From Bacillota bacterium (GTDB lineage Bacteria; Bacillota; Sulfobacillia; Sulfobacillales; Sulfobacillaceae), in assembly GCA_021821465.1 (NCBI GenBank), contig JAKACM010000012.1:2069-66068 (forward strand): a stretch of 64,000 nucleotides of DNA, read 5' to 3'. Below are positions 31,254 through 41,900 of the stretch, in pieces; within the stretch, counting starts at the first letter, position 1, and every line of letters begins with the position of its first letter. A program made the translations under genes and the position numbers. The notes under the pieces were generated by a model. The model was not told the DNA's origin. It was given only the letters and a program-made list of their open reading frames with translations, and searched no databases.

Positions 31254-34200
31254 TCAATTCCTTTTTACTTGCCAGTGAGACGGAACTTGTTCCAGAACCA
31301 CCCCTTTGGAACCGGACTTAAGGGTGATAACCTCACCTTTCGTCAGAGGAATATTGTGAACAGAAAAGGGGCCAAGAAGCCAAGGATGCTCGGGACGAAG
31401 TGTAATCAGTTGGCGTGTGGCGTCAATCTCCATTCCCAAAATCACCTGAAGAAGCAAGAGTGGAGCTCCCGCAGCCCATGCCTGAGGACTGCAGGCACCT
31501 TGATAAGGTGAGGGAGCGGAGGTGGAGGGTTCACCGGAAAACAACTCCGGCAATCTCGAAAAGGGAAAATGGGAAGCGGCTTCCAATAGAGATCGCGCCA
31601 GCACCCGTGCCTCTTTCCACATCCCCGATTGCGCCAAGCCCTTGGCGATTAAAGCCGTGTCGTGCGGCCAGATGCTGCCGCGGTGATAACTATAAGGGTC
31701 ATAGGAGAAGGCGGCCGAGGATAGGGTACGAATTCCCCATCCCGAAAACAGTTCAGGAGCCATGATGGTGCGAGTCAGGGCGCGCTTGCGTGAGGAGGAG
31801 ACAATACCAGTCCACAGACATTGACCCGTGTCCGAAGTTAGGACATCAAGAGGGCGAAGGGAGGAATCGAGAGCAAGCGCGTAATAAGATCCTTTTTCGA
31901 TCCAATAGAGCTTGTTAAACTGCCGTTTGAGTGTGAGGGCTCGCTTGTCTAGTTCCCGTGCCTTGTCCTCAGAGCCCGTATAACGATAATACTGTCCCGC
32001 GAGTTCTAAGGCACGGAAGGCATAGCCTTGCACCTCGCTGACCGCCAAAGGAGGCTTGGCATGCTCGCCATTACCGTAAACCATCGAGTCAAACGAATCT
32101 TTCCAGGATTGGATGATTAAACCTTGATCCCCATGATTTTGAAAGGCAAACAACCCACTCTTAGGGTCTTGTGCCTTCAAAAGCCATGATAGGCTATGCT
32201 CGGCTTGAGGCCATAAATCTGCTATGAGCTGATCGTTGCCGGTGCGTTTCCAAGTTTCCAGCAAAAGGATCAGGAAGAGGGGGGTGACATCGACCGATCC
32301 ATAGTACTGGGAGAAAGGGACTTGTCCACTTTGCGCCATTTCTCCGAAGCGTATTTCGTGAACCATTTTCCCCGGCTCCTCTTCACGGGCTTCGTTCATT
32401 TGCCGCCCTTGCCACTGTGCCAGGGTATATAAGGTATTGACTGCTATTCTAGGATCCCACAGCAAATACTCATAAGAAGCGATAAGGGCGTCACGTCCAA
32501 AAAAGGTGGCAAACCAGGGCAGTCCCGCCATAGGAACCAGTCCTTGGCCAAAATCGGTGAGAAGCAGCTGGTAGTCTTGATCGGCTCGACGAATAACCTG
32601 GTCCCAAGGATAATCCCGGAAATTAAAGCGGGGAGATAAGGAAGATGATGCACAGTGAGAGGGCACGGCGTTATAAGGAGGCACAATTAGCGCCGGGTTG
32701 GTCCAATGGATGCTCATTGTAATCTGACCCTCTTTTTCCTGGGGATGAATACGCCATTGCCAATTTCCTTCTATCGCTTCCAAAGGAGTGCGATCTGCTT
32801 GCATGCGGACCTGGCGCATTACCCCGTCGACACCTCTATATTCGATGACATACTGATCACCTTGGATGAATTTGGATTTCTTGCCCTCTTTGATTTTAGG
32901 GGTCCCGCGAAGTTCGAAAATGTCGATGAAATCTGCATCCATCGCAACAGACAAAGTCCAGGTTGTAGACGGTCCATAGTACTTCCAGACCCAGTGATCA
33001 TCCAAATGATCATCATGCAGGATGAGGTGTCGTCTTAGTACCAAGGTTGCTCCTTCCTGGGTGGCGGTATAGAGGAAGATTAGGCTCTTGTCTTGGACTT
33101 CGAAACTCAGGGGATTCAGCACTTCATCTTCAATGCGCCACTGGTACACCGATAACAAGCGGGTATCCAAATTATATATTCCTTGGCGCTTGGAGTGAAT
33201 CTCCACATGACCTTGGGTAGAGAAAAGAGCAAATACCGATCCCGATTTGAGAACGGGTTCGCTAATATCCGTTGTCGGAGTTTGGAATACGGCGGGAACT
33301 CCCGTGGACCGGCGAATATTCAGTGTGGGACTGACTTGCTGGCTTGTGACGGGTCTTCCCTGAATAAGTGAGATAAGCATACGGGCGAGCTCGTATCCCG
33401 CTTCACTGAGATTGATGTTCACGGTGGAGACGGTAAGACGAGTGTCCTGGGATGCCCACATCGGTTCAAGACTCATAACGGACAAACGCCTGGGAACATG
33501 GATGCCTAAATCCTGGGCTAATCGGATCACCTCTTGGGCTTCCCTGGCTGTCGTGACCAAAATGGCAGTCGGAGGATTAAGTTGGGTTAAGGCATCATAT
33601 GCACGAAGATATTCCTTCGAATGGCGCCCTTTATGGCTGTCTTCTTCTGATCCGTGAGAAAGAACCGTGGATATGAGGTGGAACTGACTCATTGTGCTTT
33701 CAAAAGCTGCTTGGTACCTTTCGGTTTGCCAGGGCAAAGAATTCGACGGCATGAAAGCAATATGGCGGTGGCCCAGATCGATGAGGTATTGGGTGGCCAT
33801 GCGGGCGGCTTCTTCCAGATCGGCATCATAGGATAAATCCTCATCACGAGGATTGCCGAATACAACAAAAGGGATGTGGTGCCGATACAAAATATCGCGA
33901 TGTTCAACCAGGTCCGGATCATGCAGCAAAATTAGACCATCGACGCGCCCCGACAAACCTACTTGCTGCAAATATTGAGTGCTGTCCGCCCCGGATCCGG
34001 ACAATACGATGACATGATAATTATTCTCTTGGCAGGCCGCAATCAGCCCGGGCATTAAGCCAAGAAAGATCCCGGGGGAATATTCGTCGTCGCGAAACGG
34101 AGGAAGAAGAATACCAATGGTTTCGGAGACGCCCCTAACCAATACCCGTCCCCGGGCATTGGCAGAATAGTTTAACGTCCGGGCAGCTTCCCGCACCTTA

Positions 34201-34319
34201 TCGATCGTCTCAACGGAAAAATTCCCTCTGTTGTTGAGAATATATGAGACCGTAGATGCGGAAACCCCGGCCAGTTTAGCGACATCGCCGATTCGTGCAC
34301 GACGAAAACTTTGCGACAT
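31254..34319 (-). CDS. LacI-family regulator fused to amylo-alpha-1,6-glucosidase (glycogen debranching-like)
   Basis: IGDVAKLAGVSASTVS HTH and sugar-binding domain (~340 aa), then DTRLLS, ADFIDIFELRG, AGLPWFATFFGRD, EEPGKMVHE, WKDS, YHRGSIWPHD, CSPQAWA. Confidence 0.9.
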   Translation of the reverse strand: MSQSFRRARIGDVAKLAGVSASTVSYILNNRGNFSVETIDKVREAARTLNYSANARGRVLVRGVSETIGILLPPFRDDEYSPGIFLGLMPGLIAACQENNYHVIVLSGSGADSTQYLQQVGLSGRVDGLILLHDPDLVEHRDILYRHHIPFVVFGNPRDEDLSYDADLEEAARMATQYLIDLGHRHIAFMPSNSLPWQTERYQAAFESTMSQFHLISTVLSHGSEEDSHKGRHSKEYLRAYDALTQLNPPTAILVTTAREAQEVIRLAQDLGIHVPRRLSVMSLEPMWASQDTRLTVSTVNINLSEAGYELARMLISLIQGRPVTSQQVSPTLNIRRSTGVPAVFQTPTTDISEPVLKSGSVFALFSTQGHVEIHSKRQGIYNLDTRLLSVYQWRIEDEVLNPLSFEVQDKSLIFLYTATQEGATLVLRRHLILHDDHLDDHWVWKYYGPSTTWTLSVAMDADFIDIFELRGTPKIKEGKKSKFIQGDQYVIEYRGVDGVMRQVRMQADRTPLEAIEGNWQWRIHPQEKEGQITMSIHWTNPALIVPPYNAVPSHCASSSLSPRFNFRDYPWDQVIRRADQDYQLLLTDFGQGLVPMAGLPWFATFFGRDALIASYEYLLWDPRIAVNTLYTLAQWQGRQMNEAREEEPGKMVHEIRFGEMAQSGQVPFSQYYGSVDVTPLFLILLLETWKRTGNDQLIADLWPQAEHSLSWLLKAQDPKSGLFAFQNHGDQGLIIQSWKDSFDSMVYGNGEHAKPPLAVSEVQGYAFRALELAGQYYRYTGSEDKARELDKRALTLKRQFNKLYWIEKGSYYALALDSSLRPLDVLTSDTGQCLWTGIVSSSRKRALTRTIMAPELFSGWGIRTLSSAAFSYDPYSYHRGSIWPHDTALIAKGLAQSGMWKEARVLARSLLEAASHFPFSRLPELFSGEPSTSAPSPYQGACSPQAWAAGAPLLLLQVILGMEIDATRQLITLRPEHPWLLGPFSVHNIPLTKGEVITLKSGSKGVVLEQVPSHWQVKRN

Positions 34320-34347
34320 ATGATGTTTTCCTCCGTTAAAAAAACAG

Positions 34348-34359
34348 TGAAACGTTTCA
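34348..34359. promoter_or_regulatory. LacI-type operator
   Basis: Perfect palindrome TGAAACGTTTCA between the divergent LacI fusion and ABC operon. Confidence 0.7.
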
Positions 34360-34525
34360 TTGAAACGATTGAATTATATCCTAAAGTATGCCACAATACG
34401 AGAAATTCGCAAAACATCAATAACACAAACGATAAGATTAAAGAAAGAAATCACTGAAAACAAAGAATATTCTACTCGGCAGTTGGCCGGAACGGCCCGG
34501 TGAAAACATTTTGAGGAGGAAAAAT

Positions 34526-35797
34526 ATGGAACAAAGAACACGTGTTAAGCGAGGTGCCGTAGGTGTTTTTTCTGTCATGATTTTCACGGCAACCTTAGCA
34601 GGATGCGGGAGCACTCAGTCAAGCGGATCCAAAACCGTCAATTTAGTGTTTGCGACTCAGGGTCTCGGGACTGAAGCTCAAGCGACGTCACAAGCTGTCA
34701 AGGAATTTGAAAAATTACATCCCCATATCCATGTTCAAATTGAGACGTTGTCGGCGTCATCGAATAATGCTTATCAAACGCTTGTTACGGATTTAAATTC
34801 CGGATCGGCCACACCGGATGTGATCACATCCGACGTTATTTGGCCACCGACATTTGCCGCGGCCAAATGGATTATGCCTTTGAATCGTTTTCATCCCAAT
34901 ATGAGCCGCTTCTTCCCGGGTATGGTCAAAGCCGGGGAGTATCAAGGAAAACTTTATGCCATGCCTTGGTTCATTAACGTGGAAGGATTGTATTACCGCA
35001 CCGACTTAGTCAAAACCCCGCCTCACACCTTTGCACAGCTGGTATCCGACGCCAGAACAGCGATGGCGGCCAATCCCAAGCTAACGGGACTGGCATTTGA
35101 GGGTAATAAATATGAAGGGGCTGTCACTGTGTTCCAGGACGTGTCGGGGGGCTTTGGCGGATCGTTTTTGAATTCCAAAGGGCAACCCGTCTTAAACTCT
35201 CCTCAAAACATTCGAGCTCTCAGTTGGTTGGATAACGCGATTAAATCCGGATTATCCCCCAAGGCGGTAACAGGGTGGGAAGAAGGCAATGTGCAACAGA
35301 CCTTTCTGTCCGGCGGTGCCGTATTTGCCACCAACTGGCCTTATCTATATCCGCTCGCGGAACAAAAAGGCTCTCAAGTGGCTAACAAGGTAGGATTTGT
35401 TCCCCCTCCCGTTCAGGGTGGCAAACCTACGGCGTCTTTAGGCGGCGACGACTTGGTGATCAATAAGAATACCAAATATCCTCAACAGGCATGGGAGTTG
35501 GTAAACTTTTTGACTTCTGCCAAGACGATGACTGCAAGGGCTTTGATCTCAGGAGATCCACCGGCTCGCACCGACGCTTACACATCGTCTTTGCTGAAAA
35601 AAGCTCCTTGGTTTAAACAAGAAGAAGCGGTTTATGCCGACGCGACACCGCGTCCGGTGACTCCGTTATATCCCCGGATTTCTGCTAGGATTCAGGAGGC
35701 ATTGTCCGCAACCTATTCCGGGCAATTAACCCCTAAACAGGCATTGGATCAAGCCCAAACAGCCGTCAAGGCTATTGTGAGCGGCCATGGCGGCTAA
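34526..35797 (+). CDS. Sugar ABC transporter substrate-binding lipoprotein (trehalose/maltose-type)
   Basis: Lipobox LAGC; DVIWP, LYYRTDL, YEG, NWPY, PRPVTPLYP. Confidence 0.9.
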   Translation: MEQRTRVKRGAVGVFSVMIFTATLAGCGSTQSSGSKTVNLVFATQGLGTEAQATSQAVKEFEKLHPHIHVQIETLSASSNNAYQTLVTDLNSGSATPDVITSDVIWPPTFAAAKWIMPLNRFHPNMSRFFPGMVKAGEYQGKLYAMPWFINVEGLYYRTDLVKTPPHTFAQLVSDARTAMAANPKLTGLAFEGNKYEGAVTVFQDVSGGFGGSFLNSKGQPVLNSPQNIRALSWLDNAIKSGLSPKAVTGWEEGNVQQTFLSGGAVFATNWPYLYPLAEQKGSQVANKVGFVPPPVQGGKPTASLGGDDLVINKNTKYPQQAWELVNFLTSAKTMTARALISGDPPARTDAYTSSLLKKAPWFKQEEAVYADATPRPVTPLYPRISARIQEALSATYSGQLTPKQALDQAQTAVKAIVSGHGG

Positions 35798-36734
35798 ACT
35801 GGCCACCAAATCCCCGAAGGGATTAACGAAAAGACGCACCGGTGCCTCCTATATCGCACGGCAAAGACGTTTGGGCTATCTAATGGTATTGCCCGCGGTT
35901 GTTGCATTGGCCTTGGTGGCTATTTACCCACTGGTATATAACCTGGTTCTGTCGTCACGATTCGATGTGGCGACGGAACCCGGTACACAGCATTTTGTCG
36001 GGGCGCAAAATTATCAGAGTTTAGTCCGTGATCCGGCTTTTTGGGGAGATTTGCTGCATACGGGAATATTTGTGATCATTTCGGTAAGCGTGGAATTTGT
36101 GGCAGGGATGATTCTCGCCTTAGTGGTCAACCGGAAATTTCGTGCCAGAGGCTTAGTGCGGGCCTCGATTCTGATACCGTGGGCTATTCCCACCGCCGTG
36201 TCGGCGTTGTTATGGAAAATGTTTTTTGACATACACTCCGGATTTGTGGATTTTGCTTTGAAAGGGTTGCATTTGCCGGGGGCTCAGGCCGTGTGGTTTA
36301 ATTCCCCAGTTTTGGCGTGGGTGCCAATTATTTTGAGCGACATGTGGAAGAATACTCCATTTATTGCCTTGCTTCTTCTGGCCGGTCTTCAAACAATTTC
36401 TCAGGAAATTTACGAAAGTGCCAAAATTGACGGAGCGTCCGCATGGCAATCTTTTTGGTCTTTGACTCTTCCGCTTTTGCGTCCGGCGATTTTGGTGGCT
36501 CTTATTTTTCGCACGTTAAGTGCGATGCTGGTCTTTGACACGATCTTTGTCATGACAGGAGGAGGGCCGGGACAAAGTACGGAAGTCATCGCTTACTATA
36601 ACTGGTATAAATACATGGTTTCCTTGAATTTTGGATACGGGGCTGCTGTGGCGGTGGTTATTACCGTACTCGCACTGCTGTTGGCGGCTGTCTATGTCCG
36701 CATCCTGAAACAACGGGAGGGATTCGTGACATGA
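35787..36734 (+). CDS. Sugar ABC transporter permease (MalF-like)
   Basis: EAA loop IYESAKIDGASAWQ; PWAIP, WKNTPF. Confidence 0.92.
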   Translation: MAAKLATKSPKGLTKRRTGASYIARQRRLGYLMVLPAVVALALVAIYPLVYNLVLSSRFDVATEPGTQHFVGAQNYQSLVRDPAFWGDLLHTGIFVIISVSVEFVAGMILALVVNRKFRARGLVRASILIPWAIPTAVSALLWKMFFDIHSGFVDFALKGLHLPGAQAVWFNSPVLAWVPIILSDMWKNTPFIALLLLAGLQTISQEIYESAKIDGASAWQSFWSLTLPLLRPAILVALIFRTLSAMLVFDTIFVMTGGGPGQSTEVIAYYNWYKYMVSLNFGYGAAVAVVITVLALLLAAVYVRILKQREGFVT

Positions 36735-37558
36735 GACGATGGTTTGGCCGTAGCGGGTTTTATGCTCTTGTGGCGATAATCATTCTTTACTCGCTCTTTC
36801 CATTTTACTGGGTATTCAAATCTTCAATGGAATCAAGTATTGCCCTGAATCAGCCCACCACGGGCCTACTTCCTGTGCAATGGACGTTTGTTCATTACCA
36901 GGCCATCTTTGCCGTAGAAAATTTCTTGCGTCCCTTGCTTAACAGTATGCTGGTAGCAGGTGTCACAACGGTTATCTCGGTGATTTTGGGATCCATGGCG
37001 GCATATGGTTTAGCACGGATGCCAATCAAAGGGAAAACGGCCATTCTGGGTTTTGTGCTCTTGGTGTCTTTTTTTCCGCAAATTGCTATGATTGGCCCCT
37101 TATACTTGGTGTTTCGCAATTTGCACTGGCTCAACACGTATCAGAGTTTGATCATTCCGTATCTGATTTTGGCTCTACCCATAACCACATGGATTTTGAC
37201 GGCGTTCTTCGGCCAGATTCCAAAGGACATTGAAGAAGCAGCCATGGTGGACGGAGCCACGATACGTCAAACGATACTCAAGGTGTTTGCGCCCATTGCC
37301 TTACCCGGGCTCTTCACGGCTGCCATTTTAGGATTTTTGCTTTCGTGGAATGACTTTCTGTTTGCGCTCTCGTTCATTCAAAGTCCCAATATGGACACCG
37401 TTCCGTTGGCTTTGGTGAATTTTCGCAACGCGTATTACGTGCATTACGGGCAAATTTATGCGGGGGTGGTCGTGGCATCTTTGCCGATTGCCTTGATTGT
37501 TCTCTTTTTGCAACAGCGCATCGAATCCGGACTCACGGCAGGCAGCGTCAAGGGCTAA
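36731..37558 (+). CDS. Sugar ABC transporter permease (MalG-like)
   Basis: IEEAAMVDGA, WNDF, GLTAGSVKG. Confidence 0.92.
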   Translation: MRRWFGRSGFYALVAIIILYSLFPFYWVFKSSMESSIALNQPTTGLLPVQWTFVHYQAIFAVENFLRPLLNSMLVAGVTTVISVILGSMAAYGLARMPIKGKTAILGFVLLVSFFPQIAMIGPLYLVFRNLHWLNTYQSLIIPYLILALPITTWILTAFFGQIPKDIEEAAMVDGATIRQTILKVFAPIALPGLFTAAILGFLLSWNDFLFALSFIQSPNMDTVPLALVNFRNAYYVHYGQIYAGVVVASLPIALIVLFLQQRIESGLTAGSVKG

Positions 37559-38065
37559 AAACCCCCTTGTGTTCCAGCTGATAGGACAAGTTCAGGCCAT
37601 GGGAAGTTCTCGTTTGTAAGCCGAATAAGATCAAAGTAGGTCGGTAAATGACTTTACGGTGTAAGGCACATTATGTCCATTTGCGACCGGCAACGCAGAA
37701 TTTGTAAATGATGGCTCGATTATTCATATCTTGAGAATGAAAAGCTATGTGCGCCGGTAAAAAGTCCAGCATAACCTGGGGTGGGGCGCACCTTATTGTT
37801 GTGAACTCGTGCATGCCCGAGCGATACCCCCGTCAATGCCGGTTGCAGTCGTCCACGTGATGGCAGGGCGTTTGAATAAGGACTTTGTAGCGGGTGAAGA
37901 CGACGGTCCAAATCCGCATCTCGCTGTAATCAATGTCAGAGCCGTCAGGAATCCCCACGTGCAAAGGTGCCATATCCTCATTCTCATAAATCGTGCCCTT
38001 TCTCTGTTGATGGCAAGCTTCACGGGGACCAAGGGTGTGGATCGACATCTTGGCCCCTGATAGTG

Positions 38066-38680
38066 CTATTCGACGTTTCCATAAAGCGGTGTGGTATCAC
38101 TTCCGGTAATGCGGTAATGAAGCTGGAGAAAATCATTGTCATACCAGGTCCCGGTGCTGGGGTTTTGATATATAAAACCGATATCCATATACGCCCAGGA
38201 ACCGGATGAGGCACTACCTGTTGAGGACACATCATGAATAGGCACCACCACTTCGACGGTTCCTGTGCTAGGGTCCCACTGTGGAGCGATAACGCTCGTC
38301 ACATTGTGGGAGTATGCCCACCCGTTGGTAGTGTTGGCCACAAATTCGCTGTAACTCGTAGAGTTGGACCATCGTGCCAGCAAATACGTCATCGGGCGGC
38401 TCAGCGGACGGCCATAGAGTGCATTGGCAGAGATCGGTACCGAAGAACTGCCATTGAAATCTTGGCTATAAACGGTCACACCCCATAGTGGGGTCGTATC
38501 GAAATTTGGCAGTGTGCCGGTCATGTTGTCAATACGGATATAGAGGTTATGAACGCCATTGGAGATAAAAACTCGCTTGACGGCCGATAATTCGGCTCCT
38601 CCAGGGGTAGATGTCGTTCGTTTGAGAAAATAGGGGACATTGCTCCACTGGGCCAGATCATTGCCGACGGTAGTGCTCAC
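38066..38680 (-). CDS. Beta-sandwich domain, probably the detached C-terminus of the upstream GH15
   Basis: S/T/N-rich, no signal peptide; its frame stays open back across the GH15 stop (see findings). Confidence 0.6.
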   Translation of the reverse strand: MSTTVGNDLAQWSNVPYFLKRTTSTPGGAELSAVKRVFISNGVHNLYIRIDNMTGTLPNFDTTPLWGVTVYSQDFNGSSSVPISANALYGRPLSRPMTYLLARWSNSTSYSEFVANTTNGWAYSHNVTSVIAPQWDPSTGTVEVVVPIHDVSSTGSASSGSWAYMDIGFIYQNPSTGTWYDNDFLQLHYRITGSDTTPLYGNVE

Positions 38681-38705
38681 GCTAAGTGGTTGGTAATTCC
38701 CCGCA

Positions 38706-40844
38706 TTATAATTCGGGTGGATACCACAGGACGTGATACTGGCCTGTGTACGCTAGTGCCGTCACTATAAAGGACGCTGCCGTATAGGGTTCTACCATCG
38801 TACTGACAATGGGGGTAAAGGTGTTCTGGGCAACCGCTTCCCCTTGCGGCATATATCCCACACCGGAGGTTGCCACATCCCACTGCAACCGCGCTAAAGT
38901 TTCGTTGGCATTTCCGCTATAAAGGTCATATAGTGCGACCCAGTTGGTCATTTGCGGCCAAGGCGGCTGTGGAGCAATGGCCTCATCGCCACACGGATCA
39001 TAAGAACTGTCGTAGTAGTACACATCTCCTTGATAGCGGGCAATTCCGTAAGTATCACTGCTCAGCGCGTTCACAATGTTGTTGACTGACTGAATGGCAC
39101 GAGAACTTCGGTAGTCAATGACACCGAAGGCCCACAACATATCCGAGGAGGAGTCGATCAGTGCACGCGGGGTGAGATTGGTCTCGACCGCACGATTATA
39201 GTATTGATCGGTAGCATTCCAGAGTCCGGGAGCAGGATTCGTGGTGGTATCGGATCGCTGAATGGCCGAAAGAATCGTACCGGCGGCACCGCTCCATTGA
39301 TCTATTAGTGACTGCTGTCCTTCCGCTTGTGCCATCCGTTCGGCGGCATACAGCCCCAAAACGGACCAGCCCTGGGTCCAGACATTGTACTCCTGGTTTT
39401 CTTCCCAAATGCTGTAGTCTGCGGGTACAAAACCGTAGGAGGTAATGTTGTCCATCAGCCAGTTGGCCGAATTTTGCACCTGAGGCCACACACTATTGAG
39501 AAAGGCCATATTGCCGGTTAGTTGATAATGGCGCCAAACTCCCACTAAGAACAGACCAAGCGAGTCGTATTCCGGACTAATGGCGTTGGTTATAGGTGTA
39601 CCGTTCCAACTACTCCAGCTCGTATTAAAGGTGCCGTTGCTGTTTTGATGACTGGCCATAAATTGCCAGTAAGCTGCGGCCGTATTATAGTGGTGCGCGG
39701 CATCCATAGCCATAGCATCAAAGGATCCGTCTCGGGCCCAGTTTTTATATCCATAGGCCCACGGATTTGTCGCGGCCGGAAAGGTGCCCAGGGTAGGGTT
39801 TTGGGCGTTTTTCATCACCAACAGCGACCGAAGAAATTCCGTATTGACGCCTATATCCGAGGTGTTAACCAAAGACCCCTGGTTTAGCCACGTGCTCGCA
39901 TTGGTTCCGGCCAACTGAAACCAGTAACTGCCTGGTTCGGATTCGGCGGTCGAGACAGCATTAGTGACAGCGCTTTGGGACCCCTGGACACTCAGATAAT
40001 AATAAAGGTTCGTCGATCCTTCTGCCGGTATCGAAACCCTATTCTCGAAGGCCATATCGACATTCGGTGTTTGCAAGGTCCCATTGTCGGCCAGAGTGCC
40101 GTAGGTGTTGAATTGATACCAAGCGCCCGCAGTTGGACTCGATGCCGTCGTGTTGCTATCGTTCCCCGCCTGATAATAGGTCGGTGATTGCAAAGCGCCC
40201 AAGGCCATGTAATATTGTCCGGAGGCGGTCATATTGGCCGTGAGGGTGTTGAGCGCACTGTTGTAGGAGGTTGTAACGTTGACATTGGGATTGACGTTGT
40301 TGAGATGCACCTGGTCCAGGACACTCCACGTTACGGGAGTGCTACCCGGATTGGTTAGATGGTACTGCACCACCATGAAGGGCTCGCCCGGCGGCATCAC
40401 ATAATTGCGTTGAATCTCAATTGGCACAGAGTTTCCGCCATAACTCAGATAGTTGCTGCGCAACTCGTCTTGAGAATTGATCCAAGCCTGAGCCGTAAAG
40501 TTGTTAATTTGGTCATAGTAGGCGTTGGCGCTGTTATCCAAAAAGAATCCTGAGTAATCGACAATCTGGTTTTGCGCCCAATTCCCAGCGTAATGCAGTT
40601 CTCCAATACGGGGACCATAGGTGGTATTCGTGTCGTTTTGGCAGAGGTGACTGGCCATCCAAATAGCGGTTTGGTCGTGCCAATTACCGAGGTACAGACT
40701 CGTTGCGGAGGTATTGCTAGGTTGTGTGGTGCTTTGAGCTCGGACCACCGCTGTACGGGGAGAGAGACTGGCGAGAAGAGGCAACATTAACGCCAGGGCC
40801 GCGGCCAGTGCGATGCGATGGTGACCCGGCATTCTTAGTTTCAC
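38706..40844 (-). CDS. Secreted GH15-like glucoamylase/glucodextranase
   Basis: Signal peptide; WARDGS, PEYDS, SIWEE, GIARY.GD.YY, PWP motifs. Confidence 0.85.
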   Translation of the reverse strand: MKLRMPGHHRIALAAALALMLPLLASLSPRTAVVRAQSTTQPSNTSATSLYLGNWHDQTAIWMASHLCQNDTNTTYGPRIGELHYAGNWAQNQIVDYSGFFLDNSANAYYDQINNFTAQAWINSQDELRSNYLSYGGNSVPIEIQRNYVMPPGEPFMVVQYHLTNPGSTPVTWSVLDQVHLNNVNPNVNVTTSYNSALNTLTANMTASGQYYMALGALQSPTYYQAGNDSNTTASSPTAGAWYQFNTYGTLADNGTLQTPNVDMAFENRVSIPAEGSTNLYYYLSVQGSQSAVTNAVSTAESEPGSYWFQLAGTNASTWLNQGSLVNTSDIGVNTEFLRSLLVMKNAQNPTLGTFPAATNPWAYGYKNWARDGSFDAMAMDAAHHYNTAAAYWQFMASHQNSNGTFNTSWSSWNGTPITNAISPEYDSLGLFLVGVWRHYQLTGNMAFLNSVWPQVQNSANWLMDNITSYGFVPADYSIWEENQEYNVWTQGWSVLGLYAAERMAQAEGQQSLIDQWSGAAGTILSAIQRSDTTTNPAPGLWNATDQYYNRAVETNLTPRALIDSSSDMLWAFGVIDYRSSRAIQSVNNIVNALSSDTYGIARYQGDVYYYDSSYDPCGDEAIAPQPPWPQMTNWVALYDLYSGNANETLARLQWDVATSGVGYMPQGEAVAQNTFTPIVSTMVEPYTAASFIVTALAYTGQYHVLWYPPEL

Positions 40845-41021
40845 TGGTATTCACCTCCATACTTCGAATGACAGGAAAGATGCCAACGTATTGGTGATCC
40901 ATGGTCGTTGAAAGATCAGAAGGGTGCGTCTAAACGGTGCACAGGGAAAATTGGGAGGGGAGTAAAACAACCTGGGATACTCGATTCGCCCCGAAATCTC
41001 CTGACAATGGGCGGATCCCCG

Positions 41022-41900
41022 CTATCCTTTCACGCTCCCCGCGGTCAAGCCGCTGACAATGTATTTGCCGAAAAAGATAATGACGAGTACCGGAGGCAGT
41101 GCGGTCATGACTCCTCCCGCTGCAATTTCGTTGTTGAGATGCAGATATTGCCCATTGAGGGAGTAGATGAAAAACGGCAGGTTATACGCACTCTGATCTG
41201 GGCCCAACACCAACGGCAAGATAAAATTGTCCCAGGACAGCAAGAATGTCAGGAGTCCGGTGGCGATGAGTCCCGGGACGGCCAACGGCAAGGTAATGCG
41301 GAGCAAGGCGGTGATCCGACTGGCCCCGTCGACCCGCGCGGATTCCTCTAATTCCAGTGGCACCGAATCGAAATAGCCGCGCATAATCCAGATCACCAAC
41401 CCTAACGAAAAGGACGTGTACAAAAGGATGAGCAGGGTATTGGTGTCGTAGAGATGCAGTCCGCTCAAATATCCCACCGTGAGGACGTAAAAGGGAATAA
41501 TCAACGACACCGTGGGCAGTAAATTCGAGGCCAAGAAGGCCATGGTAAAGAGGTTCTTACCCCGGATGCGGGAGCGGGCCAACACATAGCCGGCCGAGGA
41601 ACCCACAATTAAATTCAGGAGGGTTGTGGCCGTGGAGGCGATTAAGGAGTTGCGCAGGGCATAAAAGAAGCGATAACTCACACTGCCGGGGGCATAGTGG
41701 GTAAATAGCAGGAGATAATTGGCCACACTGTCCCCCCGACTCCACCCCCATTGCTGGGGATAGGTAATGGTGCCCACATACGGCTTCAAACTGGTGAGGA
41801 CCAAAAAGTATAACGGCAGCAGGGTCCACACCCCCAACAGGATAATGAGAGCCGCCCGCACGAACGCGGAGACTTTTCGCGTAGGCCATCGTCGGGTCAT
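41022..41900 (-). CDS. Sugar ABC transporter permease (MalG-like)
   Basis: LEESARVDGA, GLTAGSVKG; start MTRRW at 41900 overlaps the upstream stop. Confidence 0.9.
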   Translation of the reverse strand: MTRRWPTRKVSAFVRAALIILLGVWTLLPLYFLVLTSLKPYVGTITYPQQWGWSRGDSVANYLLLFTHYAPGSVSYRFFYALRNSLIASTATTLLNLIVGSSAGYVLARSRIRGKNLFTMAFLASNLLPTVSLIIPFYVLTVGYLSGLHLYDTNTLLILLYTSFSLGLVIWIMRGYFDSVPLELEESARVDGASRITALLRITLPLAVPGLIATGLLTFLLSWDNFILPLVLGPDQSAYNLPFFIYSLNGQYLHLNNEIAAGGVMTALPPVLVIIFFGKYIVSGLTAGSVKG

